Shown here: positions 49,893 through 59,453 of the stretch, piece by piece
Numbering within the stretch: the stretch's first letter is position 1
Layout of the letters: each line of letters opens with the position of its first letter
Assembly: GCA_965219575.1 (NCBI GenBank)
Contig: OZ244779.1
Coordinates: 1,409,928 to 1,473,927, forward strand
DNA from: Candidatus Oxydemutatoraceae bacterium
GTDB taxonomy: Bacteria; Pseudomonadota; Gammaproteobacteria; Poriferisulfidales; Oxydemutatoraceae
DNA length: 64,000 nucleotides
Reading direction: 5' to 3'
Program-made: the position numbers and the translations under genes
Notes under the pieces: model-generated
Database searches by the model: none
What the model was told of the DNA's origin: nothing
The model's input: only the letters and a program-made list of their open reading frames with translations

Positions 49893-50959
49893 GAATGTTC
49901 GGGTGATATGAGTAAGCCATCGCTTCTAGCCGTCCATTGCCAAAAAGCACCGGCTGCGTAAGAATCGCCCTCCAACGGGAGGAGGATAACATTGACTTCT
50001 GCGCGTTCCCTATACGATGCGACTATGTCGTTGAGTAACCTGACCCTGCATTTACCGCTAATTTTTTGGGCATTGCCGGTGATAGAAGCACATCCTCTGA
50101 AAAACGAAGCGACTGCTCTGATCCTTCCGGTATTTCCCTGCGTAGGCAAGCCGTCGGTTAGCAGATAGACGTTCGAGAAACCTGCGGCACTGCTACGCAT
50201 CAACGCAACTGCGGCGTGTAGATTTGTGCCACCTTCGGGTACGATTTGCTTAAAGTCCGACAATATCATTGCCGCAGCTTGAGGATCTGCGCCTTTTTTC
50301 CAAGCACTTCCGCCGACGACCGAGGCATTTTCGGCAAAGCGGATGATTTTATAATCACTACCTTCGGGTACTCTGGCAACCAGCCACTCTACGATCCGCA
50401 GAGTGCGTTGCCATTTGGGACTTTGTTGACGTTCTTGTGCGGATGCGACTTTATATCGAATGACATCTATTAGCCGCTCTTCGGTCATCGAGGCACTGCT
50501 GTCCACCAGTATGACGATCCTTCTTCCTTTTACCTCCAAGCCCAGCAGATAATCTTCCAATCCTTTGTTGACCACCGGCACCGGAGCAGGGGGAGCTTGT
50601 GTAGGTGTAGGTGTATCTGCTTGCGATTGCAGTTTTGCGATTTGCGCTTTTAATGATTGTTGCGTCTCTTTTTGATTATTGATATTCGTCACCAAAGCGA
50701 TTAGTTGTGCATTGAGTTGTGTCAATTCGGTTTGAGTATCGTCGGCTTGGGTTTGCAGTGTTTCTACGGTTTGTTTAGATTGTCGGTTCTGCTGTTCCAA
50801 AGTTGCAATATCGGCTTGTAAGGCGGACGATTGCCGGTCGGGTAATTCGGTTTGATATTTGACCAGCATCAGTATTAATATGACAGCCCCTAGACCGCAC
50901 GACATGACGTCCAAGAAGGCGATATTGAATCCTTCGGTTTTTCTTTTCAGGTGCCGCAT
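49883..50959 (-). CDS. ExbD/TolR-like N-terminal TM + coiled coil + vWA-domain protein (paralog 1)
   Basis: N-terminus RKTEGFNIAFLDVMSCGLGAVILILML. Coiled coil. vWA domain with MIDAS VILVDSSASM. Confidence 0.6.
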   Translation of the reverse strand: MRHLKRKTEGFNIAFLDVMSCGLGAVILILMLVKYQTELPDRQSSALQADIATLEQQNRQSKQTVETLQTQADDTQTELTQLNAQLIALVTNINNQKETQQSLKAQIAKLQSQADTPTPTQAPPAPVPVVNKGLEDYLLGLEVKGRRIVILVDSSASMTEERLIDVIRYKVASAQERQQSPKWQRTLRIVEWLVARVPEGSDYKIIRFAENASVVGGSAWKKGADPQAAAMILSDFKQIVPEGGTNLHAAVALMRSSAAGFSNVYLLTDGLPTQGNTGRIRAVASFFRGCASITGNAQKISGKCRVRLLNDIVASYRERAEVNVILLPLEGDSYAAGAFWQWTARSDGLLISPEHSWP

Positions 50960-50962
50960 TGC

Positions 50963-51201
50963 ACTAGTCTATCCCTCTTCTATGGAGGGGTGGCTAACAT
51001 GTCTACCTAAAGTATTGCGTCTGTACAATTCCATTTATTGAGCCAATTAATGACCACCCGCCGTAGGGGCGGACTAGCATGTCCGCCCGTAACGCGTTGC
51101 GCCTGCACGATTTATACATTCATCCATCCAATTTATGGAAACCATTATTTGTTGGCGCAGGGCGGTTGGTGTTGTGCGATGTCCGCACTCTTTCAACAGC
51201 C
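50963..51201. repeat. Family B-like hairpin plus a partial family A MITE inserted between the MotA-like gene and the vWA genes
   Basis: …CCGTAGGGGCGGACTAGCATGTCCGCCCGTAACGCGTTGCGCCTGCACGATTTATACATTCATCC…CTTTCAACAGCC. The left terminal inverted repeat is missing. Confidence 0.7.
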
Positions 51202-51230
51202 TCATCGTATCTGCTCCAGTTCTGCACCAA

Positions 51231-52004
51231 CTATTCACTCTGCCCTATCGGATTCATGATGTGCTGTTCGCAATAAGCCCTGATATCGACGATCAAGCCG
51301 TCTTGTATTCTTTGTAGCTGGTGCAACAAAAGCATCAGAAATATACTAATGACAAGCGCAACCAGAGTAGAATTGAATGCCACTCCCAAGCTATTTGTCA
51401 TCCCGGCGATATTTCCCGCTAAGGCTTGGTCGGCTTGCGATAGGGCTTGCCCAATACCGCGCACCGTACCGATGAAACCGATTGACGGAATTGCCCAAAT
51501 CAAATAGCGTATCATCGAGTTTTCCGCCTCTATGCCGAGCACCAGTGCGTCCATTTTCGCGTCTATCGCTTCGGCGGTGTAATGCACATCTTTGGTGATC
51601 AAAAAACGATCCAAACCGACGAGTAGTGTTTGCACCAAAGAAGTTTTGACGATGTCGGTCGGTAGTGTATTGAGCTGGTCGCGTGCCGCTTTGGCGATTT
51701 CAATTTTATTGCCGTTTTCTATCTTGGAGAAATCTACCAAACTTTCGTCGAACAAGTAGCGGTCTTTACCGATTGCGATAATTTTTCCGACTATCAAATA
51801 GGTTCCCCATAGCATCAGAATGAGGCAGATTTCCTGTTCCAGATCTTTTAGGATTACGAAAAGGTTGCGAGGCACCGCTTGCCCTCGCTGTTCGGCAAAT
51901 TGAATGGCAATATCGGCATTGGGAAGAATGAAACCGATATAAATCAAATGCACGAATAGCACCGATATTATCAAAGCAATAAGGCTTTTGATTAGCTTCG
52001 ACAT
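51231..52004 (-). CDS. MotA/TolQ/ExbB proton-channel family protein
   Basis: Three-TM topology. C-terminal channel signature IWAIPSIGFIGTVRGIGQAL...GMTNSLGVAFNSTLVALV. Confidence 0.8.
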   Translation of the reverse strand: MSKLIKSLIALIISVLFVHLIYIGFILPNADIAIQFAEQRGQAVPRNLFVILKDLEQEICLILMLWGTYLIVGKIIAIGKDRYLFDESLVDFSKIENGNKIEIAKAARDQLNTLPTDIVKTSLVQTLLVGLDRFLITKDVHYTAEAIDAKMDALVLGIEAENSMIRYLIWAIPSIGFIGTVRGIGQALSQADQALAGNIAGMTNSLGVAFNSTLVALVISIFLMLLLHQLQRIQDGLIVDIRAYCEQHIMNPIGQSE

Positions 52005-52012
52005 CGGTACGC

Positions 52013-52153
52013 TTATATATCTACGGGAAAGGTCGCCGGTGAATTGAGGCTCAGAGAGTAGCCGGCGATGCCGGCAATCGCGATGCCGGCAAGCAATAAG
52101 AGTATTGCTATTACGATGGCTACACGATACTTTGTCTTAAAGCTATATTTCAT
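52013..52153 (-). CDS. Small single-TM peptide (46 aa) immediately upstream of the MotA-like gene
   Basis: Hand-translated: MKYSFKTKYRVAIVIAILLLLAGIAIAGIAGYSLSLNSPATFPVDI. Its stop lies 9 nt before the MotA-like start. Not in the ORF track (<60 aa). Confidence 0.3.
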   Translation of the reverse strand: MKYSFKTKYRVAIVIAILLLLAGIAIAGIAGYSLSLNSPATFPVDI

Positions 52154-52278
52154 AATTGCAGTATATCAAATATTTATGAATGTATGATTTTTCAATAACC
52201 CTATATTATAATATCCACATTTTGCCAAACCTATTAAAAGAATTCTCGGATAGGAAACCGAATAAGAGAGGAATCATT

Positions 52279-53694
52279 ATGAAAAAGAAATATATTACAA
52301 AAAAAGAATACAAAGCGATCGAAATTCAAAGCCAAATCGGCATCGACAAAATAGAACAAAAAGACTACGACGGTGCAATTATAGCCTTTGATAAAGTAAT
52401 CGAGTTAGAACCGGATAATGTTTTTGCCTACAATATCAGAGGAATCGCTAAATTAGAATCGGGTGATTATGCAGGCGCAATTGCCGATTACGACCATACA
52501 CTTAAGTTAGAACCGAATAATGCGTCCGCTCACGGTGCCAAAGGAATTGCTAAGATGAGATCGGGTGATTATGCAGGTGCGCTTGCCGATCTTGATTGCG
52601 TACTTGAGTTAGAACCGAATAATAAGAACGTTCGTGAAACTAGGGAAATTGTTAAAGCACTTTTGGATAACTCCGAGGAGGCGATTGCCGATTTTGACCG
52701 TGCGCTTGAGTTAGATTCGAATAATCAAGCGGCTTTTAGTGCCAGAGGAATTGCTAAAATAGCATCGGGCGACCTTGCAGGTGCTGTTAGCGATTTTGAT
52801 CGCACACTTGAGTTAGAACCGAATAATAGTGCTATCTACAATGCCAGAGGACTTGCTAAGCATGACTTAGGCGATTATGCCGGTGCGATCGCCGATTTTG
52901 ACCGTGCGCTTGAGTTAGATCCGAATAATTCCATCGCCTACAGTGTTAGAGGAGCTGCTAAAGCTAATTTGCAACATTACGAGGAAGCGATTGCCGATTA
53001 CGATCGCGCGCTCGAGTTAGATCCGAATAATCTCACTGCCTACAGTGAGAGAGGAAATGCTAAGATTTACTTAGGCGACTATGCAGGTACGATTGCCGAT
53101 TACGATCGCGCGCTTGAATTAGGGCTGGATCATCCGGCTGCCTACAATAGCCTTGGAATTGCTAAGAGGGAATTAGGTGATTACGCGGGCGCGATTGCCG
53201 ATTACGATCGCGCGATCGAGATGGATCCGGATAGAGCGGATAGCTATTATAACCGGGGTAATGCTAAAGCCGATTTGGAAAACTATAAGGAGGCGATTGC
53301 CGATTACGACCGCGTGCTTGAGTTGGTGCCGAGTGATGTGGATGCTTATTATCATCGAGGAATTGCTAAGGATAAATCAGGCGATTATGCAGGTGCGATT
53401 GCCGATTGCAACCGTGCACTTGAGTTGGCACCGGATAATGTGGATATTTATTTTTACCGAGGTGCCGTGAAGGATAAATTAGGCGATCATATAGGTGCGA
53501 TTGCCGACTACGATCGCGTACTTGAGATTGACCCGGATGCTGCGCGTGCTTACAATAACCGAGGATATGCCAAGGCAAACTTAGGGGACAACGAGGGGGC
53601 GATGGACGACTACAACCGTGCAATCGAATTAGAGCCGAGTCATCATTTCGCGATTGCAAATCGAGAATTACTTAAAGCAAAACTGGGTCGTTGA
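52279..53694 (+). CDS. Tetratricopeptide-repeat protein (paralog a)
   Basis: About 12 TPR units (DYxGAIADYDRALELEPNN). Start placed at MKKKYITKK, preceded by AGAGAGGAATCATT. Confidence 0.7.
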   Translation: MKKKYITKKEYKAIEIQSQIGIDKIEQKDYDGAIIAFDKVIELEPDNVFAYNIRGIAKLESGDYAGAIADYDHTLKLEPNNASAHGAKGIAKMRSGDYAGALADLDCVLELEPNNKNVRETREIVKALLDNSEEAIADFDRALELDSNNQAAFSARGIAKIASGDLAGAVSDFDRTLELEPNNSAIYNARGLAKHDLGDYAGAIADFDRALELDPNNSIAYSVRGAAKANLQHYEEAIADYDRALELDPNNLTAYSERGNAKIYLGDYAGTIADYDRALELGLDHPAAYNSLGIAKRELGDYAGAIADYDRAIEMDPDRADSYYNRGNAKADLENYKEAIADYDRVLELVPSDVDAYYHRGIAKDKSGDYAGAIADCNRALELAPDNVDIYFYRGAVKDKLGDHIGAIADYDRVLEIDPDAARAYNNRGYAKANLGDNEGAMDDYNRAIELEPSHHFAIANRELLKAKLGR

Positions 53695-53737
53695 AAAAAA
53701 CTTCTCAGGCAGTAAACCAAATAAGAGAGAAATCATT

Positions 53738-54445
53738 ATGAAAAGCAAAGATATGACAAAAAAAGAACACGAAGAACTCAAGACTCAAAGCAAAATTGCG
53801 CTTGCCAAGTTAAGCCAAAAAGACTACGAAGGCGCAATTATAGCCTTTGACAGAGTAATCGAGTTAGACCCGAACAATCCTTATGCCTATGGTGTCAGAG
53901 CAATCGCGAAAAAAGAATTAAAAGATTATGCGGGTGTGATTACCGATTGCAATCGAGCACTCGAGTTAGAACCTAACGATGCGAGTATCTACAATAATCG
54001 AGCAATTGCTAAGAGTGAATCAGAGGATTATGCAGGTGCGATTGCCGATTATGACCGCGCACTTGAATTAGAACCTAGCAATGCAGATGTTTATAATAAT
54101 CGAGGAAATGCTAAGACTGAATCGGGCGATTATGCCGGTGCGATTGCCGATTACGGCCGCGCACTTGAGATTTCACCGAATGATAATGATGCGGATGTCT
54201 ATTATAATCGAGGAAATGCTAAAGCTGAATCAGGTGATTATGCCGGTGCGATTGCCGATTTCAACCTTGGCCTTGAGATCAATCCGAACGATGTATATGG
54301 CTATTTCAGTCGAGGAAATGCCAAGAAAAACTTAGAGGATAACGAGGGGGCGATTGCCGATTATGATCGCGCACTTGAATTAGACCCGAATAATGCCATT
54401 GTGCGTAACAAACGAAGTTTAGTCAAAGAACAATTAGGTCATTAA
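53738..54445 (+). CDS. Tetratricopeptide-repeat protein (paralog b)
   Basis: Same repeat consensus. Start at MKSKDMTKK. The leader AAACCAAATAAGAGAGAAATCATTATG nearly duplicates the leader of paralog a. Confidence 0.7.
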   Translation: MKSKDMTKKEHEELKTQSKIALAKLSQKDYEGAIIAFDRVIELDPNNPYAYGVRAIAKKELKDYAGVITDCNRALELEPNDASIYNNRAIAKSESEDYAGAIADYDRALELEPSNADVYNNRGNAKTESGDYAGAIADYGRALEISPNDNDADVYYNRGNAKAESGDYAGAIADFNLGLEINPNDVYGYFSRGNAKKNLEDNEGAIADYDRALELDPNNAIVRNKRSLVKEQLGH

Positions 54446-54504
54446 GATAAAACCACCAATTGAGCCGGTAGGTCAATCGGCTTAACTTGTGCAGAACCTT
54501 GAGG

Positions 54505-54650
54505 CTGTTGAAAAAGTATTTCATACAATGTAGGGGCGGACTGGCATGTCCGCCCATAACGCGTTATGCCTGCACGATTTATACATTCATTCACCCAATT
54601 TATGGAAACCAAAACCGAATGGCGCAAGCGGTTACGGTTATGCGGTTCAA
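54505..54650. repeat. Family A MITE, right end truncated, preceded by a family C fragment (54455..54490)
   Basis: GGCTGTTGAAAAAGTATTTCATACAATGTAGGGGCGGACTGGCATGTCCGCCCATAACGCG…. Confidence 0.7.
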
Positions 54651-56650
54651 TAGATATAGCGAGCGATGCGAAAGCCTATGCTATCGGATTTGCCGACCGC
54701 TCGCCGGCGATAGGCGGAGCGTAGTTCCGACAAAGTGCCGGAACGCCAGCTGGAACCCTTGACGACATGACCGCTTTGGCTGGTATTGTTTGTCGGACCC
54801 AGGGGGTTGCGCAGCGGTTCCGAGGGCATCTCTACTGAATAGACATCGTGAACCCATTCACTGAGGTTGCCGACTAGGTCGTATAGACCGGCACGATCGC
54901 GATTGAAAGAACCGACAGGTGCCAGTTTCGGATAGCCGTCGTTATAATTCGGAATATACGATGTAACATTATTTTTAGCACTTTCATCGGCGAGGTTGCC
55001 GACATTTTTAGGAAGTGTTGTTTTATTACCCCAGATAAACAGAGTTGAGGCACTGCGGTTCGCGTAGCGTGCGAGCCATTCCCACTCCGCCTCACTAGGC
55101 AAACGATAGCCGATACCATTCGGATTATAGCCTCTAACGATATTGTTATCGGTGATATAAAACGGAGGTAGACCCTCTTGTGCGCTCAAGTCGTTGCAAA
55201 AAAGTGCCGCCTCGCCCCAAGAGATATTATTCACCGCAAGTTCCGACGGTGAAATTTGCCGATTGAAAGTATGGTATTGTTTAGCGGATATTTCGCTACG
55301 GCTGATATAAAAAGGTTTATCAAGGCTTACGCTACGCAAAACCTCGTTGGCACGCTGACCTTTCTCGCTACGGTGTGCGCCCAATTCAAAGGTGCTCGCT
55401 TTATCGGGCCTGAACAAGATCAGTTCCAGCCCTATAGAATTTTTGGCAACGGTAGGGCTTTCGGCTAAGGTCGCTTGTCGGTCGGTGCGCAATGTTTCGT
55501 TAATTCGGATCGGGTTGCGGCTACTCGGGCGAATGACTTTTTGAATTGTGCGATACCCGGGTCTGGAGAGACGCACCGTATGAGGTAATGCTCTTAGCAT
55601 AAGAGTTTGAGGTGTTTTCCCTATTGCTTCGTTGTCTATTATGATGTCTGATTGCGGGTTTGCATCGATAATCACTTCACCGAATTCCGCTTGTAGTGAT
55701 ATGGAAATATCCTGTTGTTGCGCCGGCCTAAAGGTGCGCTTAATCGTTTTTGCCGAGTAGCCGGGTTTGGTGTAGTCGATGACGGTTTCACGCATCGCTT
55801 CGAGATCCAGCGGCATCGTGTTTGTAGGTGTTAGTTTGCCGTTGATCAGCAACTGCCCACCGGGTGGTTCGAGTGTGAGTGTGAGCAGGGCTTTTTTATA
55901 AATCAGTCTATAGTTTCTATCGGCAACCGGCTGTGCATAAGTAATCTCAATGGTATCGTCGATGCTTTCAAAGTCGGGGGTTTCTATGCGCAGGCGATAG
56001 CTACCGCCGGGTCGGTTTAACGAGAGCGGGGTTTGTCCTGCAGATATATCGTTCAACAAAATCGATACACCTTCGGGTTCGGAGGTTATATCGAGTGAAC
56101 CTTGCACAGGTTCTAAAACAAATTCCAGTGTTTGTTCGTCGCCGCGCATCAAATCAACCGAGACTTGTTGTGGTTGATAGTAGGGATGCACGACTTCCAC
56201 GGTATGCGTGCCGGGTTCTATGGGCACCTGTAGTTCGGGTCCCGATGCAATATATTCCGAGTCAATTCGCCATTGTATATCGGGATCGGCAGGGGTTGCG
56301 GTCGCTTTGATCAAAGCCGGTGCTTCTTTGAGTTCAATAATAATACGCCGAGCCAGTGTGCTACGCTCCAGGCGGATCGTTTCGGCAATAAAACCCGATG
56401 CCGAAACTTTCAAGTCTGCCTCGGGTGATAGCAAATAGACTTTATCTTGTTGAACCCAACCCAACCCGTCCAATACACGCTCGGCATTGATCGCCGCCAC
56501 TTCGGGCATTACTTCGACGACAACCGCTTTGACCCAAAAGATAAATACGAAAAGGGCGACGATTGCGATGATTGCCACGCTGCCGGTTGCAATAATCTTT
56601 TGCCAAAAAGATCTTCTTTGTCTGCGGAAATGCGCCTCAGATAGTTTCAT
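54647..56650 (-). CDS. Membrane-anchored PEGA-domain protein with C-terminal formylglycine-generating-enzyme (FGE/SUMF1-type) domain
   Basis: N-terminal TM. Three PEGA-like beta-sandwich segments (…LDITSEPEGVSILLND…, …IIDANPQSDIIIDNEAIGKTP…). C-terminal FGE-sulfatase signature (GYRLPSEAEWEWLARY, YDLVGNLSEWV, GFRIARY). Confidence 0.7.
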   Translation of the reverse strand: MKLSEAHFRRQRRSFWQKIIATGSVAIIAIVALFVFIFWVKAVVVEVMPEVAAINAERVLDGLGWVQQDKVYLLSPEADLKVSASGFIAETIRLERSTLARRIIIELKEAPALIKATATPADPDIQWRIDSEYIASGPELQVPIEPGTHTVEVVHPYYQPQQVSVDLMRGDEQTLEFVLEPVQGSLDITSEPEGVSILLNDISAGQTPLSLNRPGGSYRLRIETPDFESIDDTIEITYAQPVADRNYRLIYKKALLTLTLEPPGGQLLINGKLTPTNTMPLDLEAMRETVIDYTKPGYSAKTIKRTFRPAQQQDISISLQAEFGEVIIDANPQSDIIIDNEAIGKTPQTLMLRALPHTVRLSRPGYRTIQKVIRPSSRNPIRINETLRTDRQATLAESPTVAKNSIGLELILFRPDKASTFELGAHRSEKGQRANEVLRSVSLDKPFYISRSEISAKQYHTFNRQISPSELAVNNISWGEAALFCNDLSAQEGLPPFYITDNNIVRGYNPNGIGYRLPSEAEWEWLARYANRSASTLFIWGNKTTLPKNVGNLADESAKNNVTSYIPNYNDGYPKLAPVGSFNRDRAGLYDLVGNLSEWVHDVYSVEMPSEPLRNPLGPTNNTSQSGHVVKGSSWRSGTLSELRSAYRRRAVGKSDSIGFRIARYIY

Positions 56651-58136
56651 TGCAGATAACTTTGACGGTTGCCGGCTGATTCGGTTTTATCTCTATTTCA
56701 ACGAGTTTGTCTTGATAACCTCTGCGCTCTCCTTTGAATCGGTAGCGTCCCGGTTTTAGGCCTTCTTTTAACCTATATTCGCGTACTTTGCCGATGACAC
56801 CGATTCCGAGTACCGACACATAGGTTTTTTCATCGGAATAAACCGTAACCGCAACCGGTTTAGACATTTCTACTATCGCATCGTTTAGCCGCATAATAAG
56901 CTGTTGCAGTTGTGCGCTGTATTCGGCGGATAGAGTACTGTCTTCGGCTATCTGTTTCATCGCTGTTGCAATTTGCTCGTCGGCCAAGCGTTCGGGTTTT
57001 GCCAGTGCTTGTTTGATTATCCCGGTGTACCGATTAATCTGCACGGCGCGTTGTAAGTTGTCTTCGGTATCTTTATTATTCGGATATATTCCGAGTGCTT
57101 GTCGGTAATAGTTTTCGGCAGATTGCCAATCGTCTCTATCTGCCGATGTATTCGCTTTTGCAATTAGGCTTCGGTAGGATAGTTCGGTTTGTATCTGTTT
57201 AAGTTTAGCGGTGAGCAAGCCTAAGGACGGGTGATTGGCATCTATTTGCTTGATTTGCATAAGCGATGCTTGGGCTGTTTTGACATTTTTATTGTCCAGT
57301 GCTTGCGATGTTTGTTGTAGCAAGGAGTCGAGTTTTTGTTGGCGTTGTTTTGCTATCAGTATTTCGCGTCTTTCTATCAGGGCACCACGATCGGGGTCCA
57401 ATTCGATCGCTTGTTCGAGTAAATTAATCTCTTCGTTTATATTGTTTTCAATACGCGCAATATCGGCTTGCTCGATGAGTGCGGAAACCGCTTCCATTGC
57501 GCCGATACGTTCTTTTAATAGTAATGCTTCCGCGGCCTCGGGGAAATAGCGTAGTGCATCATCGATTGCCGCTTGCGCTTGCGCCGGTTGATTTGCTTCG
57601 AATGCCTGCTCGGCATTACTAAAAGCCGATTGAAAATTCCGACTTTGAAGTGATCGTAATTCGCTTACCTTTCCAAATAGATCATCCAGACGGTTTAAGG
57701 CTTGACCGTATCGTGTTTCGGCAAATGCCCTGATTGCCTCTTGTTCTTTTGCTTGTAATTCCGGTATGCTCTCGGGGGACCATGCAGAAAGATTGAGTGT
57801 GCCGATTTCAGGTTTGATTTCATTCTCATAGCGGTTCATTTGTACGATATATTTTTGTCGTAGTGCCTCGCTTTGTTCTTCGTTCGGCGACTCACCGATA
57901 GTATCATCGGTAATTTTCTCCTCTTCTTCGGGTATGTAGATCGGTTCGATGTCCGGCGACTCACCGATAGTGTCATCGGTAATTTTCTCTTCTTCTTCGG
58001 GTGTATAGATCGGTTCGATACGCCCGTACACCAAAACTAAAATGGCAATGACAAGTAATATCGCACCGCCGATAAGGTTGACGATTAAGGAATATCTTTG
58101 GGTTCTTTTTCCGCTTTTGAGTTGATGATTATCCAA
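56637..58136 (-). CDS. TM protein with a duplicated acidic repeat, helical/TPR-like region and C-terminal PEGA domain
   Basis: TM near the N-terminus. Direct 23-aa repeat IEPIYxPEEEEKITDDTIGESP. C-terminus VAVTVYSDEKTYVSVLGIGVIGKVREYRLKEGLKPGRYRFKGERRGYQD is PEGA-like. Overlaps the downstream gene by 14 nt. Confidence 0.5.
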   Translation of the reverse strand: MDNHQLKSGKRTQRYSLIVNLIGGAILLVIAILVLVYGRIEPIYTPEEEEKITDDTIGESPDIEPIYIPEEEEKITDDTIGESPNEEQSEALRQKYIVQMNRYENEIKPEIGTLNLSAWSPESIPELQAKEQEAIRAFAETRYGQALNRLDDLFGKVSELRSLQSRNFQSAFSNAEQAFEANQPAQAQAAIDDALRYFPEAAEALLLKERIGAMEAVSALIEQADIARIENNINEEINLLEQAIELDPDRGALIERREILIAKQRQQKLDSLLQQTSQALDNKNVKTAQASLMQIKQIDANHPSLGLLTAKLKQIQTELSYRSLIAKANTSADRDDWQSAENYYRQALGIYPNNKDTEDNLQRAVQINRYTGIIKQALAKPERLADEQIATAMKQIAEDSTLSAEYSAQLQQLIMRLNDAIVEMSKPVAVTVYSDEKTYVSVLGIGVIGKVREYRLKEGLKPGRYRFKGERRGYQDKLVEIEIKPNQPATVKVICNETI

Positions 58137-58167
58137 AGGCTCAAAATCGTTCTACGAGTCGGTATCC

Positions 58168-59433
58168 TCAGAGTTGTATGTCGGGAGTTTGTTCCTCGGC
58201 GTATATTCGCCTCAATGCGGCGCGCCACTGATTGAATTGCGCAGTTGCATCCCCGGTGAGTTCTATGGTTTTCTCTTCGAATTCGATGACTTGAGGAGCG
58301 ACTTCTACATCTATCGATTTTCCCAACTCCGTCAAGGTTTCATAATGAAATTTCGATTCTTTAAAGTTTTGTGCGCTACTCGACAGCAACACGGCACCGG
58401 TGGTGAGTGCGCCGACCGTGGCAACCGTTCCGGCAGTGTTATTATTGTTGGATGCGGCAACTGCGCCTAAACCGATGGCAAGGATGCCCGCCAAAGCCTG
58501 CCATGTTGCCTTGCTTTTAGCCTCACGGTTCGCTTTCGACGCCGAAAAAGCGGCCTCTTGCCAGGTTTTATAAGACGCTTCTACCTTTTGGTTGAAATCG
58601 TAATAGTATTGCTGCATCTTATCGATAAAGAGTTGGTCTTCCACTCTATATTGATAAATACGCTTAAACATCGGGTCGTTGTCGGCAGGTGCTTGCACCA
58701 GTTCTACGCGGCTACCTCTGAATTTTAGAAATTGCTCGAAACTCTCGTCGGACATTGAATAGGCAAAGCGCACTTCGGTTAGCCGATTGAGTTCTTCTAA
58801 ATAGCTTCGGTCTTTGGTGCGCAGCTGTTTGACTATATCGGCTGCCGCTTGTTCGAATACCGGATCGTAAGGATTTTTACCCTGATTACGCACACTGGTG
58901 TAAAAATACTCGTCCACTCGATGTTTGTAGTTTTTGTTGAGCCAGCTTCTGCCGTCTATACCGATGACCTTGATGTTGATTGCAATATCCTCACCGCTTG
59001 ATTTGTTGATTGTGCCGATTACATATAGGTCTCCGCTAACCTTTTGATCGGGCGTAACCCGAACCGCCCCGAGTTGTTCGGTATCCTCCAGAGCCTTTTT
59101 CATCTTCAGAGCAAAGTCTATAGCTTCTATTCGACGTAGTTCCGGCCAAATCCCTTTTTTCTCCCAAGTATCGGAATCTTCCGGTATATTCGGATTAAAA
59201 ACCGGGACGATGACTTCCAGTTCTCTTTGTATTTCACGCACCAATAGCGATTGTTTTTCCGATGCGGTCATTATTTCCGTGGAGCTTTCGGGTCCCACTA
59301 TATTTGCAGAGTTTCCCGATAGTGATGACCCCGTAGTCGCATAACATCCACTTAGTATGAGTGTTGCACTCAGTAATAGATAAAATACCACCGGCGAGGT
59401 GGTATGGCTATTTTTGTTGTTGCGATAACACAT
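58168..59433 (-). CDS. Lipoprotein of unknown function
   Basis: Lipobox LILSGC. C-terminal hydrophobic/Gly-Ala-rich segment. No family recognised. Confidence 0.5.
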   Translation of the reverse strand: MCYRNNKNSHTTSPVVFYLLLSATLILSGCYATTGSSLSGNSANIVGPESSTEIMTASEKQSLLVREIQRELEVIVPVFNPNIPEDSDTWEKKGIWPELRRIEAIDFALKMKKALEDTEQLGAVRVTPDQKVSGDLYVIGTINKSSGEDIAINIKVIGIDGRSWLNKNYKHRVDEYFYTSVRNQGKNPYDPVFEQAAADIVKQLRTKDRSYLEELNRLTEVRFAYSMSDESFEQFLKFRGSRVELVQAPADNDPMFKRIYQYRVEDQLFIDKMQQYYYDFNQKVEASYKTWQEAAFSASKANREAKSKATWQALAGILAIGLGAVAASNNNNTAGTVATVGALTTGAVLLSSSAQNFKESKFHYETLTELGKSIDVEVAPQVIEFEEKTIELTGDATAQFNQWRAALRRIYAEEQTPDIQL

Positions 59434-59453
59434 TTTGGGTCTCCTATTTAAGT

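Noticed and set aside
53173-53659. ORFs at 53173..53355 (−), 53177..53470 (+) and 53366..53659 (−) rich in I/R/H
   Set aside because: They are alternative frames of the highly repetitive TPR gene, not independent genes.
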